From the sequence record SRR31156797_1413: DNA of 64,000 nucleotides. One strand, written 5' to 3'. This document shows, in pieces, positions 38,648 through 48,546 of the stretch (position 1 is the stretch's first letter; the number at the start of each line of letters is the position of its first letter). The translations under genes and the position numbers were made by a program. Under the pieces are notes generated by a model that was not told the origin of the DNA, searched no databases, and saw only the letters and a program-made list of their open reading frames with translations.

Positions 38648-40003
38648 TTAGTCTTTGATCTCTGTTTTTTCTATATCGACAATTTTGCTTCGGTTTAACA
38701 CGACTTTCCAACGATAGTAGCGCGGTTGATCTTTATGGCTGTCTTCTTTGACGATTAGGTTTATCAGATGTCGTTTTTCAACCGACTCTTTACTAACTTG
38801 CCCATTATTCAATGTGTAGATACGGTTCGAGCCTTTATCCATTAAGCGAGTAAGAAAGCGGAGGTCAACGAGCATGACGTCACGCGTTTCCTCATAACCA
38901 CTCATGAAACGTGATGTGGTCATTTCCGTTTCGGAGCGATAGTGAAGAATGCTCTCTTCACGCTGAACCACTCTTTTTTTCCTGATTAACTTAATGCGAT
39001 CTGCCAGTGACGACAAAGATCGATAATCGAGCCACTCGACTTTTTGTCCAACCTGCTTACCCGTGGTTGGGTCGAAATAGCGGCGGCGCCATTTTGGCTT
39101 TCCTTTACGTAGCCAGCGCCAAAGGATGTCTCTCAAATCGTCTTTGAATATTTCTCGAAGTGCATAGATAAACGACATGGCAATAATGAATGAAGCGGTA
39201 ATCTCTCCCCAGTAGTCACGAGCGAGAATCACGGTCACCGTTACGAACAACATAACCAATCCCGTTGCTAGACCTTTTACAGCCCGCTTCACGTTGTTGC
39301 CTAGAGAGGTGACTTTTTCCTTTAGGATAATAGGGTGCTCAATCAGTCGGCGTAGCAACCGCATTTTATTACTTAAGCGCGTGATATCTTTGTCGGCTTG
39401 AATCGAGTTGTAGTTGTTCAGAGCACGATGAGCTTGTTCGCGTTCAACCAAAGTGATTAAACGTTCTTTGATGGTTTTGTACTCTTTATCTCGCGGTAAC
39501 TGCGAGATCATGAGGAGGAACTTTTGGTCGGTATACCAGGAAAGGTAGTTGTCTATGTTGGCATAGTAACGCTTCAAACCTTCTTCATAGGGAATACTTC
39601 GACGCAGTCGTTTAAGGATATCAATTGAGAGCTCAATTACGGTATCAACCTCATCTTCAGTGACGCTGTCACCTGACAAGTTCAGTGAACTCACAGCTTT
39701 ATCGAGAGCAATAACGTATTGATACGCAAATAAACTTAGACTGACTCGATACTGAGTCGGAGATAGCCGTCCACGTTTAGCCAAGCGACTGTGGACTAAC
39801 GGTAGAAGAATTTTATCACTGTAGTACGAGCGGTTTTGATGGATTGAACTGTAAAATAACTCCGATTCTTTGACCTGTTCGGAGCCCAATCCTAGCTCTC
39901 CGGGCACGAACATATACATATCCACATCGAGCTTTTTACTTTCTGACATTTCTGTGGTGATTTTTAATGTAACAGCATCATACTTGTCTACCGTGATCAA
40001 CAA
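38648..40003 (-). CDS. Hypothetical protein with a central two-TM hairpin
   Basis: 451-aa ORF; AGGAG SD before a TTG start; TM LATGLVMLFVTVTVIL / FIIAMSFIYAL. Confidence 0.75.
   Translation of the reverse strand: MLITVDKYDAVTLKITTEMSESKKLDVDMYMFVPGELGLGSEQVKESELFYSSIHQNRSYYSDKILLPLVHSRLAKRGRLSPTQYRVSLSLFAYQYVIALDKAVSSLNLSGDSVTEDEVDTVIELSIDILKRLRRSIPYEEGLKRYYANIDNYLSWYTDQKFLLMISQLPRDKEYKTIKERLITLVEREQAHRALNNYNSIQADKDITRLSNKMRLLRRLIEHPIILKEKVTSLGNNVKRAVKGLATGLVMLFVTVTVILARDYWGEITASFIIAMSFIYALREIFKDDLRDILWRWLRKGKPKWRRRYFDPTTGKQVGQKVEWLDYRSLSSLADRIKLIRKKRVVQREESILHYRSETEMTTSRFMSGYEETRDVMLVDLRFLTRLMDKGSNRIYTLNNGQVSKESVEKRHLINLIVKEDSHKDQPRYYRWKVVLNRSKIVDIEKTEIKD
39660..39672. other. matS site (MatP-binding), intragenic
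   Basis: GTGACGCTGTCAC matches GTGACRNYGTCAC exactly. Confidence 0.7.
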
Positions 40004-40137
40004 TAACTCCTATGCTTAGATATGTAGGTCCTGAGTGATATCCTTGAAAAAATTTAAAAAATTTTCTTTCAACAACAGGCGAAAGCATAACAGAGATCAC
40101 GTATAATCTCCGCAAATTTGAGGTGAGAAAGTAATTA

Positions 40138-40971
40138 ATGATTAACGTTGGCAAGATTAACAGTCTAGAAGTGGTAAAAATCGCTGAGTTTGGTGTGTTT
40201 TTGGACGCAGGTGAGTATGGAACAGCCATGCTGCCAAAACGCATGGCTCCAGAAGCCGTAGAACTAGGACATTATGTTGACGTGTTTCTGTATTTTGATT
40301 CTGATAATCAACTTGCAGCGACGACAGAGAAGCCCATTGCCCAAGTAGGTGAGTGGGGGTTGATGACCATTGAAAGTGTCAATAGTACCGGTGCTTTTGC
40401 GAGTTGGGGAATCAAGAACAAAGATTTGCTGCTTCCGTTTAGTGAGCAACGTACGCGTTTCAAACCTGGGCAAAATGTGTTGGTGTATGTTTACACCGAT
40501 AAAGCTTCCGGTCGAATTGTCGGTACCACTAAGTTTAACAAATGGTTAGATAAGACCCCGGCGAAATATCGCAAAAACCAGCAGGTTGATCTGATTATCG
40601 CAGAGCGCTCTGATCTTGGATACAAAGCGATTGTGAATGGACAACACTGGGGAATGATCTTCCCGTCAGATGTGTTTGGTAAGTTATTTATTGGCAAACG
40701 CCTGAAAGGCTTTATTAAAAATATTCGCGATGATGGTAAGATCGATCTGTCTCTGCAGAAAGTCGGTGTTGAAAAAATGGATGATTTAAGCGAAAAAATC
40801 ATCGAAACATTAGCGAAAAAGGATGGGTTTATTCCGCTTAGTGATAAGTCGTCGCCAGAAGCTATCTTTGCTGAATTCCGTACCAGCAAAGGTACGTTTA
40901 AAAAATCGATTGGCGCACTGTACAAGCAGGGCAAAATTGTGATTGAAAAAGACGGCATCAGACTCGTTTAA
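40138..40971 (+). CDS. CvfB-family S1 RNA-binding protein
   Basis: Tandem S1 domains (FGVFLD, GAF..WG..KDLLLP.SEQ) plus a winged helix (SKGTFKKSIGALYK). Confidence 0.9.
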   Translation: MINVGKINSLEVVKIAEFGVFLDAGEYGTAMLPKRMAPEAVELGHYVDVFLYFDSDNQLAATTEKPIAQVGEWGLMTIESVNSTGAFASWGIKNKDLLLPFSEQRTRFKPGQNVLVYVYTDKASGRIVGTTKFNKWLDKTPAKYRKNQQVDLIIAERSDLGYKAIVNGQHWGMIFPSDVFGKLFIGKRLKGFIKNIRDDGKIDLSLQKVGVEKMDDLSEKIIETLAKKDGFIPLSDKSSPEAIFAEFRTSKGTFKKSIGALYKQGKIVIEKDGIRLV

Positions 40972-40979
40972 TAAACCAC

Positions 40980-41068
40980 AAAAAAAGGCCCGAATGCGAT
41001 TTGCTTCTGGGCCTAGGGGAATGGCTCCTAAGAGCCTGCGCTAATGGTTTGAGTCTTTGACTCGTTTA
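40980..41068 (-). ncRNA. Putative SdsR/RyeB-like small RNA
   Basis: Minus strand ...TTAGCGCAGGCTCTTAGGAGCCATTCCCCTAGGCCCAGAAGCAAATCGCATTCGGGCCTTTTTTT; three hairpins and a U-tail; resembles the enterobacterial SdsR core as recalled from memory; 5' end inferred from the -10 box. Confidence 0.7.
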
Positions 41069-41074
41069 GAACTA

Positions 41075-41081
41075 AGTGTAG
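41075..41081 (-). promoter_or_regulatory. sigmaS-type -10 element of the putative sRNA
   Basis: CTACACT on the minus strand, with C at -13. Confidence 0.55.
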
Positions 41082-41169
41082 TACAGGCTCATTATTTATC
41101 GAATTTAAAATGGAATTTCATACTATAGTTTGAAGTTTCAGTAGTTCGATCTAGTTGCCTAATGGCGGA

Positions 41170-42594
41170 TTAGAACAGATTTTTATCTCTTACGAGTTCT
41201 CGAGGAAGGCCATTCTTCACTCGGTTTCCTACCCATTTTCCTAAGCCAATCACATCGTTACCGAATCGGACAATCACTTCGCCTTGTCCACTTTGCCCCT
41301 CAGGACGTACGTCTCGACCCATGTACCACTCACGCGCATCTTCAGTGTTGAGAACAACACTGTTTGGCTCACTGCCTGTGGCGAGTGTTGTCGCAACTTG
41401 ATGTTGCCAACGGTAACCTTTTTTATGTGCTTCAGCTATTTTTATTCCCATTCGAGAAAAGCGCAGTTCTCCCAGCATAGGTTCTAATGCGTTAGGGAAC
41501 AGCCACACATCGTTATCACGTAGCCAGACACTGCTATCGTCAGGGAGTGTAATACCGAGGCTCTGCTCAAGCTTAGTGTTGATGTCTTGGCTTACCTTGT
41601 TGCTTGCTTTTTCAAATGGGAACTTGCCTAAGCGTTTCTTAACCTGAGGCGTTTCTACCGATTGATGCTTGCGAATACGGGCTACAAAGAAACCTTCACA
41701 GTCATAAACCTGAGGAAAAATATGCAGGAATCCTTCTTCTGTGAGTGCTTTATCAGCCGCAGGGAATAGTTCTGCTAACGATTCAAAACTCACCGCGTCG
41801 CCGAAGGTTTGCTTCAGGTGCGCACAAACTTGTTGGTTTTCTTCACGGCTCAATGTACAGGTTGAATACACCAGAACGCCACCGACCTTCAAAGCTTGGA
41901 AGGCACTCTCGATCAACGCTTTTTGTGTGTCAGCAATGCTTTTAATCGACTCCAGGCTCCAGTTTTTGAGTGAGTCAGGATCTTTACGAATGGTCCCTTC
42001 ACCAGAACATGGCGCATCAAGTAATACGGCATCAAATTGTTCCGGTAACCAGCCACCAAAGACACGGCCATCGAAGTTAGTTAGTGCGGCATTGCGGATA
42101 CCACAGCGTTCGATGTTGGCATGCAGCACTTTTACTCGGCTCGCCGCAAATTCGTTTGCGACTAAAATACCGCTGTTTTCCATTAACGCGGCGATTTGGG
42201 TAGTTTTAGAACCCGGTGCGGCAGCTGTGTCTAACACGGATTGGTATGGTTCATCACCAGGCATGAAAAGGGCAGAGACCGGCATCATAGAGCTTGCTTC
42301 TTGGATGTAAAACAGACCAGCCATGTGCTCGGCAGTGTTACCCAGTGGCGTTTCACTTTCATCCGCCTCAATCCAGAACCCCGTATCACACCATGGAACA
42401 GGCTCTAACTTCCATCCTTTTACCGAAGCTCGTTGTGCAAATTCTTCAACTGATATTTTAAGTGTGTTTACCCGAATACTTTTACGAAGCGGTCTTTGAC
42501 AGGCTGCAATAAAGTCTTCCATGTTGAGTTCAGCGGGAAGAATTTCAGCCATGGATTCTAGAAACTGTTGAGGAAAAGTAATATTGGGATGCAA
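41170..42594 (-). CDS. rsmF: 16S rRNA m5C1407 methyltransferase
   Basis: YIQEASSM, AAAPGSKTTQ, DAPCSGEG, YSTCT and KNGLPRELVRD motifs. Confidence 0.96.
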   Translation of the reverse strand: MHPNITFPQQFLESMAEILPAELNMEDFIAACQRPLRKSIRVNTLKISVEEFAQRASVKGWKLEPVPWCDTGFWIEADESETPLGNTAEHMAGLFYIQEASSMMPVSALFMPGDEPYQSVLDTAAAPGSKTTQIAALMENSGILVANEFAASRVKVLHANIERCGIRNAALTNFDGRVFGGWLPEQFDAVLLDAPCSGEGTIRKDPDSLKNWSLESIKSIADTQKALIESAFQALKVGGVLVYSTCTLSREENQQVCAHLKQTFGDAVSFESLAELFPAADKALTEEGFLHIFPQVYDCEGFFVARIRKHQSVETPQVKKRLGKFPFEKASNKVSQDINTKLEQSLGITLPDDSSVWLRDNDVWLFPNALEPMLGELRFSRMGIKIAEAHKKGYRWQHQVATTLATGSEPNSVVLNTEDAREWYMGRDVRPEGQSGQGEVIVRFGNDVIGLGKWVGNRVKNGLPRELVRDKNLF

Positions 42595-42711
42595 AACGAG
42601 TTCTCGATTAGGGAGTAAGCGGCGAATTATATCGGTATAACACCTATATTTGAAGCTGGAGAACGGGCATGAAACAACAAAAGCGTGTTTCCACGCTTTT
42701 GCTAAATCTTA

Positions 42712-45375
42712 TTAATCCGGTTTTGGAATAGGCGTGCGCCATTTTGTCCAGTTTTCTTCCGATCTTGGGTACAAATAGAAAGACTGACCGGCTTTGGCCT
42801 CTGGCATTAATTGATTCTGCTCGGGAGTAGCAAAGGTAATTCCGCCCCTAACGATACTGTCAAAGGTCCCAGCTTTAATATCCGCACCTGACAAACCAAT
42901 CGATACATCAACGCCCGACACATTCCAGAAAACGCTATTCTGACGGATTAAATAACTGTACTCCGGCTCAATTTCAATGGTCGAGATGATTCTGTCAGCT
43001 AAATTGCCCAATTGAACTCGCGTAACACGCCCTACGTCCATGCCCCGGAATAGTACTGGCGTACCAACGGATAATGAGCCTTTATCTTCACTTTGTAAGG
43101 TAAACGCGATACTGGATTTTTTATATGGGAGTTCTGACAGGGTAAAGTGCGTCGCTAACTTTCCGTTGCCGGGTTTCACTGAAATAGATTTACTCAGTAA
43201 ATTTTCAATGTTTTCGACTCCTTCTGTCAGGCTGACCTTCGCCTGTTCTAGCCAAAATACCGAACCTTGAACAGCGATATTCTGGCTGAACTCAGGTTTG
43301 ATTTTCGCGGAGATGGTAATTTGGTTTGAGGTGAAGCTCGGCTTAACATCGACAACTTCACCAACGCTCACACCTTGATATTTAATACTTGTCCCCACAG
43401 GGATAGTAGTGTCGCCTTTCGCTATCAAGGTGATGGACTTACCGTATTTTTGCGCTTGTTTGTAACTGTTATAAAGGATCCATTTCTTTTCTAATTTATT
43501 ATCAACACCTTCAATATTATCAAAGGCGATCCCACCTTGAATCAGCGTTTGCAGTGGCTCTGCTTTGATACTAACACCGGATAATGAGGCATCGATTTCG
43601 ACTCCTGAACGATTCCAGAACACGGTTTGCTCTGTGATAAGGTGTTTGTAACGGTTCTCAATTTTTACTCTGATATCCACACCGTTGCTACCTAGGGTAT
43701 AACTTGCCACTTTGCCTACTGGCATATTGCGGTATAGAAGAGGGCTTCCAACATTAATGGATGGAAGGGAATCCGTAATCAATGTTAGGGTTTCAGTGCC
43801 TGACTGATTGTACTTTGCGAGCTCTGCAAGCGATTGACTTTGGTACAGGCGATACTGTGATTGCACTGTCTTACTGCCTTCACTCACAAAGCTGATTGAG
43901 CCAGTTAAGAGCTGTTTCGCGGGTGGAATGGAGACATTTAAACCGGATTCGGTGAGCTCAGCGGTTGCGGTACCAGTGACGTAAAAGCGGCTGTTTGAAC
44001 CGATAAATGACACATAATCTTGATCAATTAACACCTCAAACTCGACATTTGTTGGCGTCAATTCAACGGAAGTTACGCTACCTACGGAAACACCTCGGTA
44101 AAGTATTTCTGTGCCTGCACCTAATCCAAATGAACTGTCGGCAATAAGCTTGAGTGCAATAGATTGGCTTTGAGTTTGATTAAATTCTTGTTTGCGTACG
44201 GCCGTAAAGCGACGCGATCTTTCACCTTCACCCGGAATCAACGTCAGATAGTTACCTTTAAATAAGTTCGCCAGGTTTTCTACACCGGAAAGGGCGATCT
44301 TGGCTTCTTCTAAAACAAACTGACTGCCTGAGTTCAACATGTCCACAAATGCGGGTTGAATTGCAGCTGAAGCGACGATCTGCTCGTGTTGTTCATCAAG
44401 CTGTAAATTGGTGATTTGACCAATTTCTAAGCCTCTATACATGATAGGGGCACCGGATACACCGATGTTATTGTTATCAGGTAAAGTGACTTTTATTGCT
44501 ACCCCTCGGCCTGCAGTTTTTAGGTTGGGGTAGAGTTTGAATTCGGAATATTGTTTGGCTGGCTCACCTTCGTCAGGTGAGTCAACAGCTATGGCGCCGC
44601 CCAAAAGGGCACTGAAGCTTTCCATTCTAATATCGACGCCGCCTAAACCAAGATTTGCACCGATACCACTGACGTTCCAGAAGCGACTCTCTGTGGTGAT
44701 GACATTTCGATACTCTTCCTGAATGGAGGCTTGGATAATGACCGATTCGTTGTCGTCAGACAGCTTGTAGTTGAACACTTCACCGATCGGGATTTTTTTG
44801 TAGACGATTTGCGAACCGACAGACACACCACCCAAATCGCGAGCGTTAAGAGTGATGGTTAGACCTTGGTTAGTTAATAAATCGGACGGTGCTGAATCAA
44901 GCGCCTGATACTTAGAGGGGTGATCGTCAGCATCATAGTCGTTATCTTCGACAATCTCAGAGCCAGGATGAATCGCAATGTAGTTACCAGAAACGAGGGC
45001 ATCGAGTCCTGATATACCTGATAAGCTTGCTGTCGGTTTCACTAACCAAAATCGGGTTTTATCAGACAGTAAACGAGCGGCATCTGGGTAGATATCTGTG
45101 TCGACGTAAATACTATCGAGGTTTGGCGAGAGTTTGATGTCTCTAACCATACCGACTTCTAAACCCTGATAGCGGACCGGAGTTCGACCCGCGACTAGGC
45201 CTTGAGCATTCGAGAAGTATATTTGAATACGTTCGCCAGCATCATGAACGGCTTTTAGAATCAACCAACCAGCAAGCACCACCGTTAAAATAGGTAAGAT
45301 CCAGAGGGGGGATATTCCTCGGTTTCTTTTCACATCAGGAACGTATGATGTTTGTTGGTTAACTTCTTTACTCAT
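42712..45375 (-). CDS. yebT: Multi-MCE-domain lipid transport protein (YebT/LetB)
   Basis: N-terminal TM plus repeated MCE units (YQGLEVG, YKKIPIG, YRGLEIG, YRGVSVG, YRNMPVG, YQGVSVG, FRGMDVG); upstream of rsmF as in E. coli. Confidence 0.9.
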   Translation of the reverse strand: MSKEVNQQTSYVPDVKRNRGISPLWILPILTVVLAGWLILKAVHDAGERIQIYFSNAQGLVAGRTPVRYQGLEVGMVRDIKLSPNLDSIYVDTDIYPDAARLLSDKTRFWLVKPTASLSGISGLDALVSGNYIAIHPGSEIVEDNDYDADDHPSKYQALDSAPSDLLTNQGLTITLNARDLGGVSVGSQIVYKKIPIGEVFNYKLSDDNESVIIQASIQEEYRNVITTESRFWNVSGIGANLGLGGVDIRMESFSALLGGAIAVDSPDEGEPAKQYSEFKLYPNLKTAGRGVAIKVTLPDNNNIGVSGAPIMYRGLEIGQITNLQLDEQHEQIVASAAIQPAFVDMLNSGSQFVLEEAKIALSGVENLANLFKGNYLTLIPGEGERSRRFTAVRKQEFNQTQSQSIALKLIADSSFGLGAGTEILYRGVSVGSVTSVELTPTNVEFEVLIDQDYVSFIGSNSRFYVTGTATAELTESGLNVSIPPAKQLLTGSISFVSEGSKTVQSQYRLYQSQSLAELAKYNQSGTETLTLITDSLPSINVGSPLLYRNMPVGKVASYTLGSNGVDIRVKIENRYKHLITEQTVFWNRSGVEIDASLSGVSIKAEPLQTLIQGGIAFDNIEGVDNKLEKKWILYNSYKQAQKYGKSITLIAKGDTTIPVGTSIKYQGVSVGEVVDVKPSFTSNQITISAKIKPEFSQNIAVQGSVFWLEQAKVSLTEGVENIENLLSKSISVKPGNGKLATHFTLSELPYKKSSIAFTLQSEDKGSLSVGTPVLFRGMDVGRVTRVQLGNLADRIISTIEIEPEYSYLIRQNSVFWNVSGVDVSIGLSGADIKAGTFDSIVRGGITFATPEQNQLMPEAKAGQSFYLYPRSEENWTKWRTPIPKPD

Positions 45376-46621
45376 GGTTTGACTCTTGTTTTGAATTTTC
45401 TTGAGGATAGTTATCCCAGATTAGCCGTGGGTCTAAGCTTTCGGCTGCGAGAAGGGTCAGCACGACCACCATACCGAAAGCAATAGCACCGTATCCCGGG
45501 GTAAAATCAAGTAACTGACCTCGATCGACCAGCGTCAGCATGATAGAAATAACGAACAAATCCATCACTGACCATTTTCCTATCCATTTGATTACAAAGT
45601 ATATGATCATTCGCTGACGAAAAAATATCTTTCGTTTAAATTTAATCGCTAATAATAGGTAGCCAAGACCGATGATTTTAGCGACCGGCACAACAATGCT
45701 AGCAACAAAGATGATGATGGCGATACCGACCATATCACTATTAATCAATGAGGCGACACCTGAAAAAATGGTGTCTTCTAACCGTGTCCCATTGCTGAGT
45801 AGTATTGAAATCGGCAGTAAGTTTGCTGGAAATATCGCCACAGTAGCCGCGATAAGATACGCCCAGGTTTTCTCTATTGAACGAGGTTCACGGTGATACA
45901 GTTTGTGGTGACAACGAATACAACGGCTGTGCTCTGGTTGAGAAAGATGACAGTTATGGCAGTGTATATGTTTGCTTTCAAGTGGGTACTCGACCTCGGG
46001 ACGCCAAGCTTCCCAATAGCGTCTTACACTGATACGGCTTATCAACAACACGGTCGAGATTTGTAAAAGCACCAGTCCGTATAGGCCAGGGCCGACGAAA
46101 ATGTCGGAGATGTCGTTAAGTTTAAAGCAGGAAACCGCAATACTTACCAGAAATACGTCAATCATTACCCATGACTTTAGTTTCTGGATAATTAATAACG
46201 AATAGCGAAACAAGTTAAAATTGTTGTGCTTCAATGCAATGTGCGTGCTGACCACGGCGCTACATACAATGAAAGGGGCGACTGAAGCACAGAAAAATAC
46301 CAGTAGCGCTAGCGGCGTGTAACCTTCGTCGATTAAAGCTTGTATTCCGGCAGGCAGCGTAGCTGGAATCATCACTCCAACCAAACGTATGCTGATAAAG
46401 TCAAAGAAATGCGAAGGAACGAAAAGCAACAGGCAGGTGATGGCGATTGCTAGGTTGCCAGACAGTGATGGATTACCACCTCGATAAAGCTGGGTACCAC
46501 ACCTAGGGCAGTGCGCACTTTTTCCTTTCTCTACCGAGATAACATCAACCGGTAATTCACAGCCCTGACACAAGCGGATGCCTGAGGGTTGGGATAAATG
46601 CTTTATCGCGGCAACCTTCAT
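45368..46621 (-). CDS. yebS: PqiA-family inner-membrane protein (YebS/LetA)
   Basis: CxxC zinc ribbons (CQGC, CPRC, CHNC, CIRC); W.MIDVF, GKWSVMDLF and DPRLIWD motifs. Confidence 0.9.
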   Translation of the reverse strand: MKVAAIKHLSQPSGIRLCQGCELPVDVISVEKGKSAHCPRCGTQLYRGGNPSLSGNLAIAITCLLLFVPSHFFDFISIRLVGVMIPATLPAGIQALIDEGYTPLALLVFFCASVAPFIVCSAVVSTHIALKHNNFNLFRYSLLIIQKLKSWVMIDVFLVSIAVSCFKLNDISDIFVGPGLYGLVLLQISTVLLISRISVRRYWEAWRPEVEYPLESKHIHCHNCHLSQPEHSRCIRCHHKLYHREPRSIEKTWAYLIAATVAIFPANLLPISILLSNGTRLEDTIFSGVASLINSDMVGIAIIIFVASIVVPVAKIIGLGYLLLAIKFKRKIFFRQRMIIYFVIKWIGKWSVMDLFVISIMLTLVDRGQLLDFTPGYGAIAFGMVVVLTLLAAESLDPRLIWDNYPQENSKQESNHE

Positions 46622-46642
46622 AATTCAACCATGCAAACCTCA

Positions 46643-46655
46643 GTGACAGTGTCAC
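46643..46655. other. matS site between the ABC exporter and yebS
   Basis: GTGACAGTGTCAC matches GTGACRNYGTCAC exactly. Confidence 0.75.
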
Positions 46656-48454
46656 TGGATGATATGTGATTGTACGCTCCCGTATAGGGTTTGATACAAG
46701 CCTTGTTGTTCAACTAACTCTCCATGTGTACCCGTCTGACTCACGCTTCCATCTTCAAGGACGTAGATTAAATCAGCCTGTTTAACGGCAGACAAACGGT
46801 GAGCCACGATTAATGTTGTACGGCCTTTCAAAAATTCATTGAGAGCCGTGTGTAATGCGCTTTCTGTTGCGGTATCCAACGCTGATGTTGCTTCATCGAG
46901 GATAACAAACTTTGGATTGCTCAGGATCATTCGAGCGATAGCAAGACGTTGACGCTGTCCACCAGATAACCGAATCCCATTGCGACCAATTTGCGTTTCC
47001 AGTCCATGATCAAGTTGTTTAATCACATCCTGCATTTGTGCGATTTCTAACGCCCGCCACAAAGAGAGTTCATCGTGTTCACTGCCCAGTGTTAAATTAT
47101 GTCTTAAGCTATCATTAAATAGTATAGGTTGTTGTAGTACAACGGCAATTTCGTTTCTTATCACATCGAAACTTATGTCATCACATGTTTCACCATTGAA
47201 ACGAATTTGCCCTGAGTTTGCACGGTAAACACCGATTAACAGCTGTATTAAAGTCGATTTTCCTCCGCCACTTGCTCCGACCAGTGCCACTTTTTTCCCT
47301 GCAGGAATGTTAAGCGATAGGTTGTTTAGCACGTTGTTTTCGCCGTCGTAGGAAAAGTTTACATTGGAAACGGTGACTTCCACTTCCTGGTCATCGGTAA
47401 ACGGGTTCACTTTACTTACTGGACGATACTCTTCTTCAAGATCAAGCAAGGTGTTAATACGGCCCAGTGCAGCTTTTGCGCTATACCAAGAAAACTGAAT
47501 GCTTAAAAGTTCTTGCACCGGTGAAAGCATAAACCACAGGTAACCAAAGACTGCGAACATCTGCCCAATGGTGAGATCACTGAATAGCACCATCAACATC
47601 GCTGCGGCTCTGAACAGTTCAAAGCCCAACAAGAATAGCAAGAAGGATAGGCGACCAGCTGCTTCTGATTGCCAGGCATATTTGTCTGCGTTTTCACGGA
47701 TGTCGTTTGCCTGAGATTTAAGTTCCGTTAAAAATTCACGCTCTTTGTTCGCAGCACGCAGTTGATATATGCCATCCAACGTTTCTACTAAACGATTTTG
47801 AAAACGCTCAAAGGCTTGGTTCTCACGTTTCTTTAAATGTTTTACTTTACTGCCAAGTAGGCGAGAAAAATAAATCACCACAGGATTAACCAGTAAGATA
47901 AATAGCCCTAAACGCCACTCTATCCATAAAAGAACAACGGCTGTTCCGGTGACGGTAAGTAGGCTGATGATAAATTTACTTAGCGTAGAGCCGATAAATT
48001 GGTCAATCGTTTCAATATCGGTAATTAAATGGGCGTTAATTCCACCACTTCCCCGAGTCTCGTATTGTTTTATGCTAATTCGCCCCAACTTATCAATCAT
48101 CTTGCTACGCATTTGATACGTGATGGTTTTTGACACTAAGGTGAATTGTCGACTTTGAAGGATATTGAGCATCTGGCTTGCGGCTCGCATCAGCACCACC
48201 AGAACTAAAGTCAGCATGATATAACCGGGGGCGTTATGCCAGGAATTAGGCAGCAGACGATTCATCATTTCAATACCAGAGCTTGGTTGATTAAGAAGCA
48301 CTTCATCAACCATCAAAGGCATCAGTAGGGGGATAGGTACACTGATAACAGTGGCGATAATCGCAATGGCATTGGCGAACAATAATTTAGATTGATGCTT
48401 TTTTGCTTGAGTTATAAGCCAAGAACGGCTAATAGTATCTTTATTATTTGACAT
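46652..48454 (-). CDS. ABC exporter-type half transporter (TMD + NBD)
   Basis: N-terminal TM domain; GASGGGKST, LSGGQRQR, ILDEATSALD and AHRLS motifs. Confidence 0.92.
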   Translation of the reverse strand: MSNNKDTISRSWLITQAKKHQSKLLFANAIAIIATVISVPIPLLMPLMVDEVLLNQPSSGIEMMNRLLPNSWHNAPGYIMLTLVLVVLMRAASQMLNILQSRQFTLVSKTITYQMRSKMIDKLGRISIKQYETRGSGGINAHLITDIETIDQFIGSTLSKFIISLLTVTGTAVVLLWIEWRLGLFILLVNPVVIYFSRLLGSKVKHLKKRENQAFERFQNRLVETLDGIYQLRAANKEREFLTELKSQANDIRENADKYAWQSEAAGRLSFLLFLLGFELFRAAAMLMVLFSDLTIGQMFAVFGYLWFMLSPVQELLSIQFSWYSAKAALGRINTLLDLEEEYRPVSKVNPFTDDQEVEVTVSNVNFSYDGENNVLNNLSLNIPAGKKVALVGASGGGKSTLIQLLIGVYRANSGQIRFNGETCDDISFDVIRNEIAVVLQQPILFNDSLRHNLTLGSEHDELSLWRALEIAQMQDVIKQLDHGLETQIGRNGIRLSGGQRQRLAIARMILSNPKFVILDEATSALDTATESALHTALNEFLKGRTTLIVAHRLSAVKQADLIYVLEDGSVSQTGTHGELVEQQGLYQTLYGSVQSHIIQ

Positions 48455-48546
48455 ATTTATGAGAATGAATCCTATTTGCTTTTAGGCGCCATTGTATTTA
48501 ATACCTAAAGTGAAGTCTTTATTTTTCAATTGGAAGTTTAGTTTAT

